Assembly: GCA_964036045.1 (NCBI GenBank)
Contig: OZ038378.1
Span: 195,858,001 to 195,922,000 of the forward strand
DNA length: 64,000 bases
From: Eutreptiella sp. 'Long Island Sound 2002'
Lineage: Eukaryota; Protista; Euglenida
Direction: 5' to 3'
Below are positions 61,540 through 64,000 of the stretch, piece by piece. Below the pieces are notes generated by a model that saw only the letters and a list, made by a program, of their open reading frames with translations, was not told the DNA's origin and made no database searches. Both the position numbers and the translations under genes were made by a program. How positions within the stretch are numbered: the first letter of the stretch is position 1; each line of letters opens with the position of its first letter.

Positions 61540-63590
61540 AGCAGACGCGGTGGCCTGATTCTGCTACCCGGTGAAATGCCTAACACACAAGTGCCCGGAG
61601 CACCCCAACCAAGGGCCCCTCTACATGGCCCTCCTCACGGCGGGGGCCTTGCCCTCAAAGCTGGGCCCAGTGCTCCGCACCCACTTGTGGGAGCATTTTG
61701 GGGCAAATGCAACACTAGCCCCCTACCTGGGCCCACAGCAGCACCCTATTACCTGAATGCTCGCATGGAGCCAGGTATCTAGTTGTATGGTAGCTGGCCA
61801 CTATTCAGGAGACCATTGTGGCAAAGGATGCGGGGATCACCCCTGCGGGAATGGCCATGGCCCTAGAGCACACACCTAACTGCCCGGAGATAGCGCAACA
61901 TATCTGGGAGCATCTAGCAGGTGCTCAACCATTCCCCAAAGGTCAGGCTGGCCCACGCCAAAGCACATACCATCATTACGGCCCGTGCAAGCCGCGAGGA
62001 CAATGGCGTGGGCCTGCAGGGACTGCAGTTGCACCAGCAGGCAGAGCGGCAGAGCGTCCCAAGGGAGACCTTAAACGAACGCGGCACCCAGCTTGGAGGG
62101 AAGCCCCAAGGCCCACCACGGGTGCACAGGGCTGATGGTTAGATCTAGGGTTTAAGGATCAGGGCCCACCCGTTCCGCATTTTTCTGTGTGCAAGACATC
62201 CTAGCCATTGCTTGTTGGTAACAATGCTCGGCACACCACACCACACCACGCCGTAAAGTTCCGGGACCGCTGCCAACAACGGACCTACAGGAGTGGCTAC
62301 AAGAGCAGGCAGCACTCCCCGCTCGGGTACACTGCGAGCACTAGTGGGGGCCTAAGGGGGAATCTTTGCACTGCGCGCGCACTGCACGCGCACTGCGCGC
62401 TACTTTTAGACTATGTTCCCCCCGAAGAGCCCCCAAGCACACCCCTTGGAAACGCCCTTAGAATTAGGTGACCCAAACTGCCCTAGCTCAAGAAAGTTGC
62501 AAACTACCTTCCCTTAACATAACACACACATGTTCCTTACGATGCCCCACTGCCACATGCGTGGTTTCGGTTGTGAGGAAGGGGCTCTCTCCTTTCCCTT
62601 GCGGTTAGAATCGGATTGGGGTTGAGATTGTGTAGCCACGGGGGGTTGCGAGGACTGAGAGGGTTGAGGGAGATTGGAGCTGGACGAAGCCACATCGGCC
62701 CGAGGGGGCGCAGCAACACAAAAAGCATCCAGTGTGCGTTGCCGCTTTTCTAGGAACTGCTGCGCATGTTTTGCTTGTTTCTTGGCCTCTCTCTCTCTTT
62801 TCTCACGGCGCAAACGGTCAATCGCAGGCTGCAGTGTTGGCGCTTTACTGCCGCCTTCAGAGAATGGTTGGCCATCAAGCCCATCCTGGATGATTACACT
62901 TTCTTCATCCCTTGGTAAGTGGTTACCCTTGCCGAACCGCAAGATCTGCTCAATCACCTTTGGCACACCCAAACAAAGGGGGACAGAATCAGAAGTCAAA
63001 ACCTCCGCTAGAGGTCACCATGATGCCCCTAGGGGCCCCTAGTATCTCAAAGTATGGGTCTCTAGTACGGCCGGACGCCCAAATAGTTGCACTGCGCGCG
63101 CACTGCGCGCGCACTGCACGCGCACTGCGCTTAAGGCTCCCCCTAACTACCGGTCAGGCCTCGGCTTGCCCCTAGATTGGTTCACAAGTGACCGGCACCT
63201 CGTAGCCCACCGCATGCGCAACCTGCGCACCGGGACGGTGCTAGCGCTCGGCACACTGCAACGTACGGCTGAGCACGCAGTGCTTGCTGTGCGACAGAGG
63301 TCTCGAAACAGCCTATCACATGTGGGAGTGCCCAGGGCAGTCCCATGCGTGGCGCACGGCCCGTCAGTGTGCGCATACGTGGCTCACCACCTACATTGGG
63401 CCGCGGGCTTCGCAGGTGCGGGGCCAACTGTGGGACCCCGCTGTCTTGGAACAATGGTCAACGGCGATCGCCACGCCGTCCCTGCGGGGGGCCCATATGG
63501 GACTGGCGGGGCCACATGAAATCGGGACGGAGTTCATCCGGCACGTACTGTCGAAGTCGCAGAAAGTCTAGCTCGCCCAGGCCAAGGCCC
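61540..63590 (+). pseudogene. 3' fragment of a non-LTR retrotransposon ORF with C-terminal CCHC-type zinc knuckle, interrupted by 62344-63145
   Basis: CLLCDRGLETAYHMWEC motif near 63280. The frame HCEHY|RSGLGLPLDWF is restored across the insertion. Confidence 0.6.
62344..63145. mobile_element. ~800-bp non-autonomous insertion with 2-4-bp duplication (ACTA) and GCACTGCGCGC subterminal arrays
   Basis: ACTA at 62340-62343 and 63146-63149. Imperfect G/C-rich ends. Removal restores the host reading frame. Confidence 0.65.
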
Positions 63591-63609
63591 GCGAAAGCCT
63601 CATAAAGGA

Positions 63610-64000
63610 GCAGTTACCCACTGCTCCCCGGCAGTGTGGGAGCATACTAAAGGAGTCCCACTACCCACAGTTCCTAAGCAGTGTGGCAGTGCTCACCACT
63701 CCCCTACAAAATGGCAGTGCACCGAAGGAGTTCCACTGCCTATTGCTCTCCCAACAGTGTGGCAGTGCACTAAAAGAGTCCCATAGCCCATGGTTACCTG
63801 GCAGCGTGGCAGTGCCCACTACTCCCCTACAACGTGGCAATGCACTAAAGGGATCCCACAGCCCACTGCTCCCCGGTAGTGTGGCAATGCATTGAAGAAT
63901 TCCCACTGCCTATTGCTCCCTAGCAGTGTGGCAATGCACTAAGGGAGCCCCACTACCCACTCCTCCCCAGCAATGTGGAAGTGCACTGAAGGAGTCCCAC
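63610..64000. repeat. ~46-bp degenerate minisatellite (CCCACTGCTCCCCGGCAGTGTGGCAGTGCACTAAAGGAGT), runs off window
   Basis: Head-to-tail units. Confidence 0.85.

Noticed and set aside
1-64000. tRNA, rRNA, snRNA or spliced-leader RNA genes; functional G-quadruplexes at poly-G runs
   Set aside because: I recognised no cloverleaf, rRNA or SL signature. The G runs mostly coincide with MITE ends, and nothing suggests a specific function.

Overview
This is repeat-dense eukaryotic genomic DNA. GTGCG/GTATG splice donors, long G runs and GGCGGTT repeats suggest a protist, possibly a euglenid (inference). There is no bacterial operon, rRNA, tRNA or CRISPR array that I can support. 1-30 kb is a stack of nested transposons. 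It holds a PHD-finger hAT element (1999-4979, 8-bp TSD) and a decayed chromodomain Ty3/gypsy element whose pol carries a DIRS-type N6-adenine methyltransferase-like domain. Four insertions sit within that pol region, three directly and one nested. The main candidate for a new system is a 9.44-kb DNA transposon (13665-23104; CTTAG...CTAAG ends, 5-bp TSD CAAGT). It encodes an Academ/DUF6589-like transposase and a spliced ParB/Srx-fold protein. It also carries ten copies of a 16-24-bp palindrome (core GCGCGAGGCCTCGCGC) found only in its introns, intergenic and subterminal DNA, resembling a ParB/parS-like arrangement. 30-64 kb contains scattered minus-strand host exons (a bulb-type lectin domain with all three sugar sites altered, plus acidic exons), a ~6.9-kb tandem duplication, MITEs, non-LTR remnants and minisatellites. 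Most TE ORFs carry frameshifts or stops. All domain calls are by-eye motif recognition, not database searches.
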